Shown here: positions 14,110 to 24,320 of the stretch, piece after piece
Position numbering within the stretch: the stretch's first letter is position 1
Layout of the letters: every line of letters starts with the position of its first letter
NCBI GenBank assembly: GCA_964016885.1
Contig: OZ024742.1
Coordinates: 44,826,001 to 44,890,000 of the forward strand
Source: Eledone cirrhosa
Lineage: Eukaryota
Length of the DNA: 64,000 bases
Direction of reading: 5' to 3'
Made by a program: the position numbers and the translations under genes
The notes under the pieces: generated by a model
Told to the model about the DNA's origin: nothing
Database searches by the model: none
The model's input: the letters and a program-made list of their open reading frames with translations, nothing else

Positions 14110-14295
14110 GCAATCAGAGGAACATGTGACAATGAGAGCCTCTTCCATTAAAAACATCTTGACAGATGCCTCAACCAAGATATTGAGGTCACCGTAGAGG
14201 CGACTGAAAAGAATATAGGAAATTTAAGGATTAAGGAAGCCATTTTCATCAGATGAATAAAACCAGAGATAAATAATAAGTCAGTATTGAAGTGA
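14110..14295 (+). mobile_element. Penelope-like element GIY-YIG endonuclease C-terminal relic
   Basis: Reads EEHVTMRASSIK, a frameshift, then HLDRCLNQDIEVTVEATEKNIGNLRIKEAIFIR*IKPEINNK, matching the LxxxEAxxIxxxKPxxN terminus typical of Penelope GIY-YIG domains. Confidence 0.65.
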
Positions 14296-14296
14296 A

Positions 14297-14420
14297 GCCA
14301 CTGATCTCCCAGACAGGCCATGGACCTGCATCTCAATTATGTAGTCTCATGTTCTTACTAAGTGCACAGGAGAGGTTGTCATGTCTTTGACACAACTGAA
14401 GGATCATCCAAACCCTTTAT
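14297..14420 (+). repeat. Dispersed repeat following the GIY-YIG relic (possible Penelope 3' UTR/pseudo-LTR); inverted homologue at 15690-15836
   Basis: Shared CACTGATCT...AGTCTCA...GTGCACAGGAGAGGTTGTC...GGATC blocks in opposite orientation. Confidence 0.6.
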
Positions 14421-14424
14421 TTGG

Positions 14425-14490
14425 CAAGCTTTCTATAGCTGGATGCCCTTCCTATCACCAACCACTTTACAGCGTGTACTGGATGTGTTT
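14425..14490 (-). mobile_element. SINE body fragment (AGGAAGGGCATCCAGCT module)
   Basis: TTTCTATAGCTGGATGCCCTTCCTATCACCAACCACTTTACAG matches the family A body. Confidence 0.7.
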
Positions 14491-14767
14491 ATCGTGTAGA
14501 TCACCAAACAGTAGGAAGGCTGCCATGTCGTTGACATGATTGAAGGATCCATATGTGTGTGTATGTGTGTACATATATGTATGTGTGTATATATGTGTGT
14601 ATGGATATATGTATGTGTGCATGAATATATGGAGTTTCAAAACTGCCTTTGAATGGACTGCATAAAACTGCCTTTGATTGGACTGCATATCGATGATTTT
14701 GGTCTCTGAAATGATCATAAAACAATGGCTTAATTAACAACTTCCCCTTGTCTTATTCTTTCGCTGC

Positions 14768-14799
<32 letters not shown>

Positions 14800-14984
14800 T
14801 ACCTTTAAAAATCACACACATTTAAACATACACTTACACTCACACATATAATGACACTAATACGCACACATGCCACTTTGCGTTCCTACCTGTAACCAAG
14901 ACTACCTAACGGTCGTCTTGTTTACACTCTTCATTTTTGATTTTTTTTCTTTTTGTCATTATTGAACAAAGAAAATAAATAGGA

Positions 14985-15660
14985 CAGTGAAGGCCTGCCC
15001 CATACACACCCTACCGAGGGACCAGCCATAAAAGTTGAGAGCAGCATGATAGATAAAGCAACTAAGGTTATGAAGGTAGGGAAAGCAACTGGACCATCTG
15101 GTATGGTCAGGATGGTGTCATACCTAATGACTGGGCTGGCACAGCAGTATAATTGTAAGCCTAGCATTTGTAGATCTGGAGAAGGCCTTTAGCAGGGTCC
15201 CACACTCTATAATATGGTGGGCACTTAGGAAGTTAGTTGTAGACAAATGGATTGTGAGGCCATGCAGGAATTGTATAGATGTGCAACCAGTAGACTGAGA
15301 GTTGGTAATGAGTACAGTGATGAATTAGAAGTGCATGTGGGAGTCCAGCAGGGATCATTCCTCAGTCAACCCCTGTTTATCATTGTACTTCAGGCTATCA
15401 CTGACAAGTTTTCAAACATGGAAGAAGAACATACAGTTAAAAAGCCTAAAAGTATACTTAGCAAAGTAGAAAAGAAGACAGGAGGGTGACACAATCAGGA
15501 AAGTGGCTTTGTTCAATATGTCAGAAATGGGTTGGCAGAAATTCCATAAGGAGCACACAGTGTAATTTTTGGATGCACAACAGATGTAGTGGGATTGTAG
15601 ACAGGCATACAAAAAAGATAAACTTTGTATGTGGCAGATGCACAGGAGAAGTGAGCACTA
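14985..15660 (+). mobile_element. RTE-clade LINE reverse transcriptase relic with PHD-like finger; YADD region deleted
   Basis: LAFVDLEKAFSRVPHSIIWWALRKL; LYRCATSRLRVGNEYSDELEVHVGVQQGSFLSQPLFIIVL; GKWLCSICQKWVGRNSIRSTQCNFWMHNRCSGI...FVCGRCTG. Frameshifted. Confidence 0.88.
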
Positions 15661-15689
15661 TGAGCACATGGAAGCATGGGGAAGGGGTT

Positions 15690-15836
15690 GAGAGGATCCT
15701 TCAGTTGTGGAATACAAACAAAGGGTTGGAAGGATCCTCAATCATGTCTAAGACAACCTCTCCTGTGCACTCAGTAGAATGTGAGACTGTACATAAGCAA
15801 GACACAGATCCCTGGTCTATATGGAAGATCAGTGGC
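15690..15836 (-). repeat. Inverted homologue of 14297-14420
   Basis: Reverse-complement similarity (GACAACCTCTCCTGTGCAC, GAAGATCAGTGGC). Confidence 0.6.
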
Positions 15837-15859
15837 CCCGCTCCAGTACTGACTTGGTC

Positions 15860-15925
15860 TATGTAGACTCATCCAACCCTTGCCAGCAGACAAAGAGGAC
15901 GTTAAAATAATGATGATGATGATGT
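15860..15925 (+). mobile_element. Isolated RTE/SINE 3' tail fragment
   Basis: TCCAACCCTTGCCAGCAG...GGACGTTAAAATAATGATGATGATG matches the tail of SINE A and of the RTE at 18190. Confidence 0.65.
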
Positions 15926-15949
15926 TGAAAGACCCCCCCCCCCCTTTGG

Positions 15950-16265
15950 TCATAAATGACCATGGGTTTTGCACCAAGAAAGTTCTCCTCTGAAGCACAA
16001 GCCTGGGCATGGTGTTCTTGTGGAGGACCAACAGTCGCCCATGCATACCAATACCCCCTCTCCACACTATCAATGTTGTCCAAGGAAAAGGCAAAGACCA
16101 ATACAGTTTGGCACCAGGGATGTTACAACTCATTTCTGCAGCTGAGTGAACTGGAGCAACGTGAAATAGTGACTTGCTCAAGGACACAATGCATTGTCTG
16201 GTCCAGGAATCAAACTCACAACCTCAGGATTCTGAATCCAGCTCTGGAACCACTAAGCCTCATGT
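15950..16265 (-). mobile_element. Older SINE (family C) sharing the tRNA-like head and core with family A but with a different body
   Basis: CTCATTTCTGCAGCTGAGTGAACTGGAGCAACGTGAAATA..CTTGCTCAAGGA..AACTCACAACC..AACCACTAAGCC is shared with A. Sequence upstream on + (GTCGCCCATGCATACCA...GGCAAAG...TTGGCACCAG) is unrelated to the A body. Confidence 0.75.
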
Positions 16266-16278
16266 GTGTATGTGTGTG

Positions 16279-16311
<33 letters not shown>

Positions 16312-16380
16312 GTGTGTGTATATATGATGGCTGCCTCCTCGTTATCGAGTATGGCCATTGCACAAGAAAAAAAACAACAT

Positions 16381-16598
16381 AATAATAACAATAATAATAA
16401 TAATAACAACAATAATAATTGTTTCTACTTTAGGCACAAGGCCAGCAATTACCCAGTACATTACTGGTACTTTATTTTATCGACCCCGTAAGGATGAAAG
16501 GCAAAGTCAACCTCGGCGGAATTTGAACTCAGATCGTAAAGGGACGTAACTATGCTGGAAAGCATGGCGTCCGACCCTCTACCGATACTGCCGATCCA
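16381..16598 (-). mobile_element. SINE family B (about 180 bp) with (ATT)n tail, copy 1
   Basis: Reverse complement: TGGATCGGCAGTATCGGTAGAG...GAGTTCAAATTCC (B box) GCCGAGGTTGACTTTGCCTTTCATCCTTACGGGGTCGATAAAATAAAGTACCAG...AGAAACAATTATTATT. Near-identical to 19993-20177. Confidence 0.9.
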
Positions 16599-16687
16599 AC
16601 AATAATAATATACATATATATATATATATACACACACACGCGCACACACACATAAACATATCCACACACACACACACACGATAGCAA

Positions 16688-17270
16688 TTAACAGCGCTGC
16701 GATCGAATGTGGCTTTTTAGCCCAGCGAATGATCTAAAATGTCTTGCACAGAGTTGGCAACCAAAACATTCACTGGGAATAGCCAGCTGTGGTTGGAGTT
16801 CATGTACTTTTGCATGTCATTTGAGCCCTCTTGCTGATTTACATTCTCTCCCACATGCTTGGCAAGCATGATGAGTAGCATCTCCAACAGCAGCCTGGTA
16901 GTCAACCACTGGTCTTACTTTATGACTGCGAAGATGACTTTCGAGTCCAGCTTTGCTTAGGCAGAGTCTCGCACAGACGCTGCATGTCAGCGCCATAGGA
17001 GGACCTTCGCCGTCTGGAAATGCAACAGCAATGCTCTTCATCACATCCCGCTTTACTTTCTCGTATGCAATTCGAGATGGCTCAAAGGAAACTTTCCCCT
17101 CATATTCAGTCTTTATCCATTTATTACGATCAGCAGCAACATTTTCCCATGTATCAGCAGAGATGTTAGCGTCTTTCAAAGAGGCTTACAACCAATCCTT
17201 ATACCTCTTTTTGGGTTTATGTGGCGGTCGTTTTCTTTTAACTAACTCTCCATAAAAGAGTTGTTTTGGT
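16688..17270 (-). mobile_element. RTE-clade LINE 3' end encoding three tandem zinc fingers (two in-frame stops)
   Basis: PKQLFYGELVKRKRPPHKPKKRYKDWL*ASLKDANISADTWENVAADRNKW, then CSVCARLCLSKAGLESHLRSH, CQACGRECKSARGLK*HAKVH and CQLCARHFRSFAGLKSHIRSQRC*. Flanked by TA/TG microsatellites. Confidence 0.88.
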
Positions 17271-17673
17271 ATATATATATATATATATATATACATACAT
17301 ACACACACACATATATGAATATGTGAGTGTATACACATACATACATCTATATGCACATTTCTAAAAAAAACCAACATGATATTCCCTCAGAGAATATTCC
17401 TTCAAATTTAGCCATCTCGGAATATTCCATTATGCATTTTATCTATAACAAATGTAACTTAATAATATTTCGAAGACAACCTTTGTCTTTAGTTTCTGCC
17501 TTTCTTCTTCCTTTTATTTTACTCCACCTTCTTCCTTCTTTCTAGATTATTCTGTGGTGTTCTTTGATAAGGTTTCTCCACTTTTCCTTGACATTAACAT
17601 ATTCAGAAATATTATTTTCAAAGAAAACGTTCAAGTGGGGAAAATTTATCTCTTCTGCCATTTTTGCTTATTT

Positions 17674-17750
17674 TGTTGCTGCTGCTGCTGCTGCTGCTGC
17701 TGTTGTTGTTGTTGTTGTTGTAATTTCTGCTGTTGCTGGTGTTGTTGTTT
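17674..17750. repeat. (GCT)n(GTT)n compound microsatellite
   Basis: Directly visible. Confidence 0.9.
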
Positions 17751-18187
17751 TGTCAGTTGATGAATCCATATGAAGGTGCATAGATAACACTTTTTTTTTC
17801 TGTGAAATGTAAAGATGCTACTACAGATGAAAATAATAAAAATAATAATAATAATAACAACAATAAGGAAATGATGAAAATAATTATAATGATAATGAGA
17901 TAATGATAATATAATAACAATAGCAACAAAAATGCTGCTTTATTTCTTGCAAGAGCCCATTTATACATATAATTGAAAAAAACCCATAGCTACAGGGTTA
18001 CAAAATGTGTGGAGGTGGACAAGATAAATTCTTATAAAAACAAAGGAGGTGGTAAGAATGTTATACAAGGAGCATATTTCAACTTCTGATAGAAATAAAA
18101 GACCACATAATAAATATGTGATTATGTAAAGCACAGTAATTAAAAGGGATATCATTTAAAAACATGAAACACAAATGGGGTAACACA

Positions 18188-18545
18188 CATCATCATCGTC
18201 ATCATCCTTTTACATCCATTTTTCCTTGCTTGCATGGGTTGGACAAATCTTTTCCAACACAACTTCCCTCCATCCATTGTCTTCCTTCATCATCTCCTTT
18301 GTTAGGTTCAGCATTTTGAGATCCATTCTCACCACTTCTGCCCAGGTTTTCTTTAGCCTTCCTCTACTAATGTTTCATTTTCTCTGGGAACTTCTGGCAC
18401 TTCCCCCAACAATCATCATCCATACATACCATATGTCCATACCAGTGCAGTTTTCACTCATGGACACTACATTTGATTCCTCTTATACCTACATCTATTC
18501 TCATCCCATCCATGTTTTGCTGTTCATGCATATTATCATTACGCA
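18188..18545 (-). mobile_element. RTE-clade LINE 3' end with (ATG)n tail
   Basis: Minus strand reads KLHWYGHMVCMDDDCWGKCQ...RGRLKKTWAEVVRMDLKMLNLTK. The 3' UTR is GTCCAACCCATGCAAGCAAGGAAAAATGGATGTAAAAGGATGATGACGATGATG. Confidence 0.8.
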
Positions 18546-18549
18546 TCCA

Positions 18550-18835
18550 TGGTAGAGCCACTACTTCTCCAGCTCTGATACTATGGGCATGTGGTTAGAA
18601 TGTCTCAGTAAAGAATTGCTGGACAGATATTACAGGCAAAACCAACCGGCAAGAGACCTAGGAGTAAACTCTGAGCAAGATGGTAGGATAACATCCATGA
18701 GTGTTCACGCTTGGGGATCCAGCCGGATCAGATGGAGATGGTTGCTTCTGACAGGACCCACTGGAAGGAGTGTTTGAGGACACAGACCCCACCCCCACGA
18801 TCATCTCAGGAATAAGTGGGTGAAGAAGAAGAAGA
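18550..18835 (+). mobile_element. RTE-clade LINE 3' end relic (copy 2) with (GAA)n tail
   Basis: YYGHVVRMSQ..LLDRYY / AKPTGKRPRS..ARW*DNIH; homologous to 11500-11805; ends GAAGAAGAAGAAG. Confidence 0.75.
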
Positions 18836-19379
18836 CATCCATTGAAGAATACTTGCTTCATTTCTCTCTAACCTTTGCATATCATCTGCATTTACTGGCC
18901 ATGTTTCACTTCTGTGCAATATCACAGGCAAACCAACCAGATTGGTTGGGTAAAGCATCCCTACAACTCTGACTATGTGCCATTCATTGAATTAAACAAA
19001 GTGCACCCTAAGGCATGTAAGAGTATTTTGTATTTTTTGCATTGGCAATGCTAAACACCATCCAATGGCTACTATATATTTTTGTTTCATACTATAGTAA
19101 ATTATTGGTGTGGTCTTTGCTAACATCCTGTAGTTTTCCTGTCTCCTGTACATCAGTCCCAAATCTTCATCAGTGGAAAGAAACTCTCAAGAGAGCTGGA
19201 CAGCAGGTCTTCAGAGAAGAAACCCCCCTCAAGTGAGTGTTTCGGCCCTTAACTTCTTACACTCTAAAGGCGCCGGGCAGCACCCAGGTCATGAACTCCT
19301 GGATTCACTTCTGCTGACATTTAACCATTCAGAAATCAGAGACTGCTGTGTATTTAAACCATATGAAGATTTTGTTAAC

Positions 19380-19615
19380 AGGATCTAGGTGTAGCAACCT
19401 TCTGAAGCACTTATGCTCAAATAACTGGATTCTTCATTCTATGTCAGCTATGAGAGTGACAAAGGACTTGTATAGCTGGAGGTTCCTTGGAAAACTGATG
19501 GAGTTGCTTTTCTATATGACATTCAACTTTACCATGGCAGAAGTGGCCAGGACAAGTCTCCTTTTGAGATCTGCCATCTTTGGTCAGAGTGGATCCTAGG
19601 TAGTTGGTGTTCAGG
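19380..19615 (-). mobile_element. RTE-clade LINE post-RT relic
   Basis: Minus strand reads YLGSTLTKD / ADLKRRLVLATSAMVKLNVI*KSNSISFPRNLQLYKSFVTLIADIE*RIQLFEHKCFRRLL. Confidence 0.75.
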
Positions 19616-19992
19616 TAGAGAGAATACCTTGATGTCTAGCTGGAGCATCCCTAGGAATGGACATCTACATTGGTTCTCACCTGACTCTCACTTTTGGCTC
19701 CAAAATCTTTTTCAGCCACACCCTGGAAATTGCTTCTACTGGCAGGCTAAACTTAGTGAGGGACTTGATGCTTGGAGAGGAGATGGGCACTGCCAAGCTT
19801 TCTAAGGCCCACTGAAATGCCATAATAGACAAACAGTAAAACTAATAGGCAATTTCAGAGAGTGTGAGTCCAGAAGTTAGTCAGACCCATGAGATGCTGT
19901 AACTTTTCACTCTTGTGTAGGTAAGAGGCTTTTCTTTGTTCATTGCTTTACATATTATTTAACCTGCTTTAATATCATGTATGTCTTTTAAG

Positions 19993-20177
19993 ATAATTGT
20001 TTCTACTTTAGGCACAAGACCAGCAATTACCCAGTACATTACTGGTACTTTTTTTTATCGACCCCGTAAGGATGAAAGGCAAAGTCAACCTCGGCGGGAT
20101 TTGAACTCAGATCGTAAAGGGACGTAACTATGCTGGAAAGCATGGCGTCCGACCCTCTACCGATACTGCCAATCCAC
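19993..20177 (-). mobile_element. SINE family B, copy 2
   Basis: Near-identical to 16417-16598. Confidence 0.9.
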
Positions 20178-20340
20178 CAACATAATGGAGTTTGATTTAA
20201 GAGAGATGGATTGTTATTTCTAACAGGTTTAGTGACCACCTAGAGGTACACCATTGGCTGAGTAATGATGATAACTATGATAACAGAGATGATGATGATG
20301 ATTAAGATCATCATAAGATTGAGGACAATGGTGATGTTCA

Positions 20341-20514
20341 TAATAATTGTTTCTACGTTAGGCACAAGGCCAGCAATTACCCAGTGCATTACTGGTACTT
20401 TATTTTATCGACCCCGTAAGGATGAAAGGCAAAGTTAACCTTGGCGGGATTTGAACTCAGAAAGGCAAGGGCCGTAACTCTATACGTCAAAGCATGGCAT
20501 CCGACCCTCTACCA
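20341..20514 (-). mobile_element. SINE family B, copy 3 (variant head, slightly 5'-truncated) with a 22-bp target-site duplication
   Basis: CAATGGTGATGTTCATAATAAT occurs at 20326-20347 and 20513-20534. Confidence 0.9.
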
Positions 20515-20534
20515 ATGGTGATGTTCATAATAAT

Positions 20535-21715
20535 GATGATACTGGTGATGTGATGATGTTGATGATGGAACTAACAATGTTGATGATAATCATATGATGG
20601 TGGTAATGATGTGATGGTGGTGTTGGGGACAATGATGGTGTGATGGTAATGGTCATGATGATAATGATGATAACAGTGATAATTGATAAAGTTGATGATG
20701 ATGATGATGTTATTGATGATGCAATGGTGATGATAGTGATGATGATAATGGTGATGGTGGTCATGTAGACGATGGTGATGATGTTGATGACAGTGATAAT
20801 GGCAGTGATGGTGGTGGTGTAGATGATGGTGATGATGGCAGTGATGTTAATGATGGTGATAATGGTGATGGTGGTGGTGGTGGTGGTAAGGATGGTGGTG
20901 GTGGTGGTGGTAAGGGTGGTGGTGGTGGTGGTGGTGGTAAGGATGGTGATGATGATGGTGGTGGTGGTACGGATGGTGGTGGTGGTAAGGATGGTGATGA
21001 TGATGGTAAGGATGGTGGTGATGGTGGTGGTGGTGGTACGGATGGTGGTGGTGGTGGTAAGGATGGTGGTGATGGTGGTAAGGATGGTGGTGATGGTGGT
21101 GGTGGTGGTAAGGATGGTGGTGATGGTGGTGGTGGTGGCAAGGATGGTGGTGATGATGGTGGTGGTGATGGTGGTGGTAAGGATGGTGATGGTGGTAAGG
21201 ATGGTGGTGGTGGTGATGGTAGTGGCGGTGGTAAGGATGGTGGTGATGATGGTGGTGGTGGTGGTAAGGATGGTGGTGATGGTGGTAAGGATGGTGGTGG
21301 TGATGGTGGTGGTGGTGGTGGTAAGGATGGTGGTGATGGTGGTGGTGGTGGTGGTAAGGATGGTGGTGGTGATGGTGGTGATGGTGGTAAGGATGGTGGT
21401 GGTGATGGTGGTGGTGGTGGTGGTAAGGATGGTGGTGGTGGTGGTGGTGGTAAGGATGGTGATAATGGTGATGGTGGTGGTGGTGGTAAGGATGGTGGTG
21501 ATGATGGTGGTGGTGGTGGTGGTGGTAAGGATGGTGATGGTGGTAAGGATGGTGGTGGTGGTGGTGGTAGTGGTAATGATGGTGGTGGTGGTGGTGGTGG
21601 TAAGGACGGTGGTGATGGTGGTGGTAGTAAGAATGGTGGTGGTGGTGGTAAGGATGGCAGTGATGGTGGTGGTGGTGTGGTGGTGATGGTGGTAAGGATG
21701 GCGGTGATGGTGGTA
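20535..21715. repeat. (GAT/GGT)n trinucleotide array; from about 20870 patterned as (GGT)n-AAG-GAT
   Basis: Directly visible; source of the spurious poly-T/V/P ORFs. Confidence 0.93.
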
Positions 21716-21974
21716 CTGAATCCCTTGAGAAAAATGTAGCAAGAGATGAGATTTATCTTCTACTAAACAAGGCCAAGCAACTGTTTGACGTCATAGTGAT
21801 GTAGAATCTCCAGATTGAGAGACAGAGAGATAGAGAGTGGTACAGGGAGGGGGAAGAGAGAAAGAGACTGATTTAGGGAGGAGGGGTGATATAGGTAGAG
21901 AGAGGGGATGGAGAGAGGAAGAGTGAGAGAGAGAAAGGGGAAAACTAGATATTTAACTCTAACAAGATTTGCAA

Positions 21975-22258
21975 TAGCAGTAGTAGTGTTATTGCTGTTG
22001 TTATTGTTGTTATTGTAGTTGCAGTTGTTATTGTAGATACTATTGTCATCACTGTTGTAGTTGTAATATTTGTAGTAGTTGCAGTTGTTGTATTCATTGT
22101 TCTTGTAGTAATTGTTGTTGTTGTTGTAGTTATAGTTATAATAATCATTATCAGTCGTCTGCTTCTTGTTGTAGTTGCAGTTAGTGTTTTCACTATTTTT
22201 GTAGTTGTTGTAGTTATTGTTGTTAAAGTTGCTATAATTTCCATTGTAGTTGTTGTTG
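21975..22258. repeat. (GTT/GTA)n degenerate microsatellite, preceded by an AG-rich tract at 21815-21942
   Basis: Directly visible. Confidence 0.88.
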
Positions 22259-22289
22259 GGCAAATAGAGCACCAGTGCTATTTGTTGTG

Positions 22290-22366
22290 CATTCTAAGTC
22301 AACTTTGTTTTTCATATTCTCAGGGTCAATAAAAATGTGCTAGTACCAGTAGAATACTGGGGTCAG
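22290..22366 (+). mobile_element. Old SINE family B fragment
   Basis: AAGTCAACTTTGTTTTTCATATTCTCAGGGTCAATAAAA...AGTACCAGT resembles the family B core. Confidence 0.6.
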
Positions 22367-23055
22367 TTTAATAAAGAGCTAGAATCTGTAAAGTTGTCTG
22401 ATGGTATATTATGTTACAGTAACTAAAGCAATGATACTGGTGCCAAGCTAGAGAGAAGGAAGGTTTGTTGCATGGATAGCTGTTGGTCTTCTATATTGTT
22501 AGAGAGGTCACTGGATGGTACTGCTCTCCTCCCACAGCTTTTCAATGGTGCACTCTCAGATTTAGAGTGATATGCTTATTCAAAAATCTCCATCTTAGAA
22601 TTATTGCAAATTAGAATGTCATCCAGAATAATCTGAAGCCACCCACCCCCTATCCTTGAACACCAAAGCCTAGCGATGGACCTTACAAATTTGCGCAGGT
22701 ATATAGCCTGTTCTACCAACCCACATTGAAACTAACTAGGCCTCCTCCTTTCCCTAATGACTACCGCCCCTTCCCTGGCCCCACTGCCACCCCTCTCTTA
22801 CATAATTCATCTGAAATACCAACAACAACAACCAAACTTCAGATACCTACCCCCTCCTTCCATCTATCTTCACTGCTTTCTTTAGCAGACATACTGACTA
22901 CCATAGCATCACCCTTCTTTTTCTTCTTCTTCTTCTCCTCCTCCTCCTCCTCATCTCCCTTCAGATATATAAAAACTGAATTTGACCAAACTTATCTGAT
23001 TTTCGTGACTATTTCAAACAAATGAAACAGTTCTAGATTCGTAAAAGTCATCTCT

Positions 23056-23394
23056 CATCATCATCATCATTTTACGTCCGCTTTTTCCCTGCTTGCAAGG
23101 GTGGGACGAGAACTGATTCTGGCTTGATTTCTACAGATGGATGCCCTTCCTAACACCAACCTCATTTAAAGTGAGTGCTGGGTGCTTTTTTGCCGTGGCA
23201 CCTCCACGACCACTTTGCAGTGGAATGATATAGACCCCAGTCAACTATCATCTCATTTCTACAGCTGAGTAAACTGGAGCAATGTGAAATAAAATGTCTT
23301 GCTCAAGGAAACAACACATTACCCAGTCTGAGAATTGAACTCACAACCTTTCGATTGCAAGGCCAATGCTCTAACCACTAAGCCATGTGCCTCC
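23056..23394 (-). mobile_element. SINE family A, full length, with an ATCTCT target-site duplication
   Basis: ATCTCT at 23050-23055 and 23395-23400; A and B boxes present; (ATG)n tail. Confidence 0.93.
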
Positions 23395-23849
23395 ATCTCT
23401 ATAGGAAATATATCACGCATATATAATATTAAGGTTCTCCAACAAAGTGCAAACCAAATTAAGCCATATCCTCCAAATGCATACAATTAGCAGTATAGTG
23501 AAGATTTACAAGTCATTACAAAGTTTCTCCATTTGAATTTTGTGGAATTAAATAATGCACATAACTACATGCATGCATATGATACACACATTTACACATA
23601 CATACGTAAAGAGTAATCATGTACACACACACACATATTTGAGATATCTTGAGTGTGCATACCTACATACACTTATTTGAATTTTCACATTAATTCACTT
23701 ATTTACTAGAACTGTCTTGACTTAAACGAAAACGTTTTGTCACTTGAGTTCTGAAGAAAAACTTATATAAATCTCAAATAAACACATACATACATGATGG
23801 CTGCAATTTGATTTCAAGTAATCTCATCACTTGATACTTAAGCATGAAC

Positions 23850-24085
23850 ATCATGGATGTGGCTTTTTAGTCCTTCTAGGAACTTGGCTATGACCAGCAA
23901 TACCATGCATCGCAAAGAATATCACATATCAAGCGATGCCTGCACTTTGAGCTCTTTTAAGTGAGGAAAGGCTTTGCATGGGGCCAATCTCACTCTGAAC
24001 TTCGAATGCATCATTTTCCCAAAAAGAAGAACTGGTCTACATCATTGGATGTAAACAAAGTCACAGGTTTTAAATCAGAGTGACC
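23850..24085 (-). mobile_element. Possible highly decayed copy of the zinc-finger RTE 3' end
   Basis: ATGTGGCTTTTTAG (GLKSHI on the minus strand) is shared with about 16708; further similarity is weak. Confidence 0.4.
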
Positions 24086-24228
24086 TTCTCCTAGAGAGAT
24101 GTTTTAATGAAGAATATTTTTATATATTGCTCTGATTATTAATTATTTAATTAATTCTTCATTGAGCCACACCGTGAATGGTTGCCAAAAACATATATAT
24201 GTATCTATGACTTTGTCTAATTTATATA

Positions 24229-24320
24229 TATAAACGTTTGGAGTTGGAAGGCCAAGACAATGCAAGTATGGATATATCCATACCTGCATTGTCTTGGCCT
24301 TCTAACTCCAAACGTTTATA
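24229..24320. repeat. 92-bp near-perfect palindrome (46-bp arms, no spacer, 2 mismatches)
   Basis: TATAAACGTTTGGAGTTGGAAGGCCAAGACAATGCAAGTATGGATA | TATCCATACCTGCATTGTCTTGGCCTTCTAACTCCAAACGTTTATA. Confidence 0.95.

Noticed and set aside
16817-17179. Host C2H2 zinc-finger gene exon
   Set aside because: It is in frame with the RTE-specific PKQLFYGEL / RYKD / WExxAxDRxxW motifs and is interrupted by stops, so it is a retroelement.
20525-22272. Mucin-like poly-Thr, poly-Pro, poly-Val and Asn-rich ORFs
   Set aside because: These are translations of trinucleotide microsatellites open in several frames, with no unique domain or exon structure.
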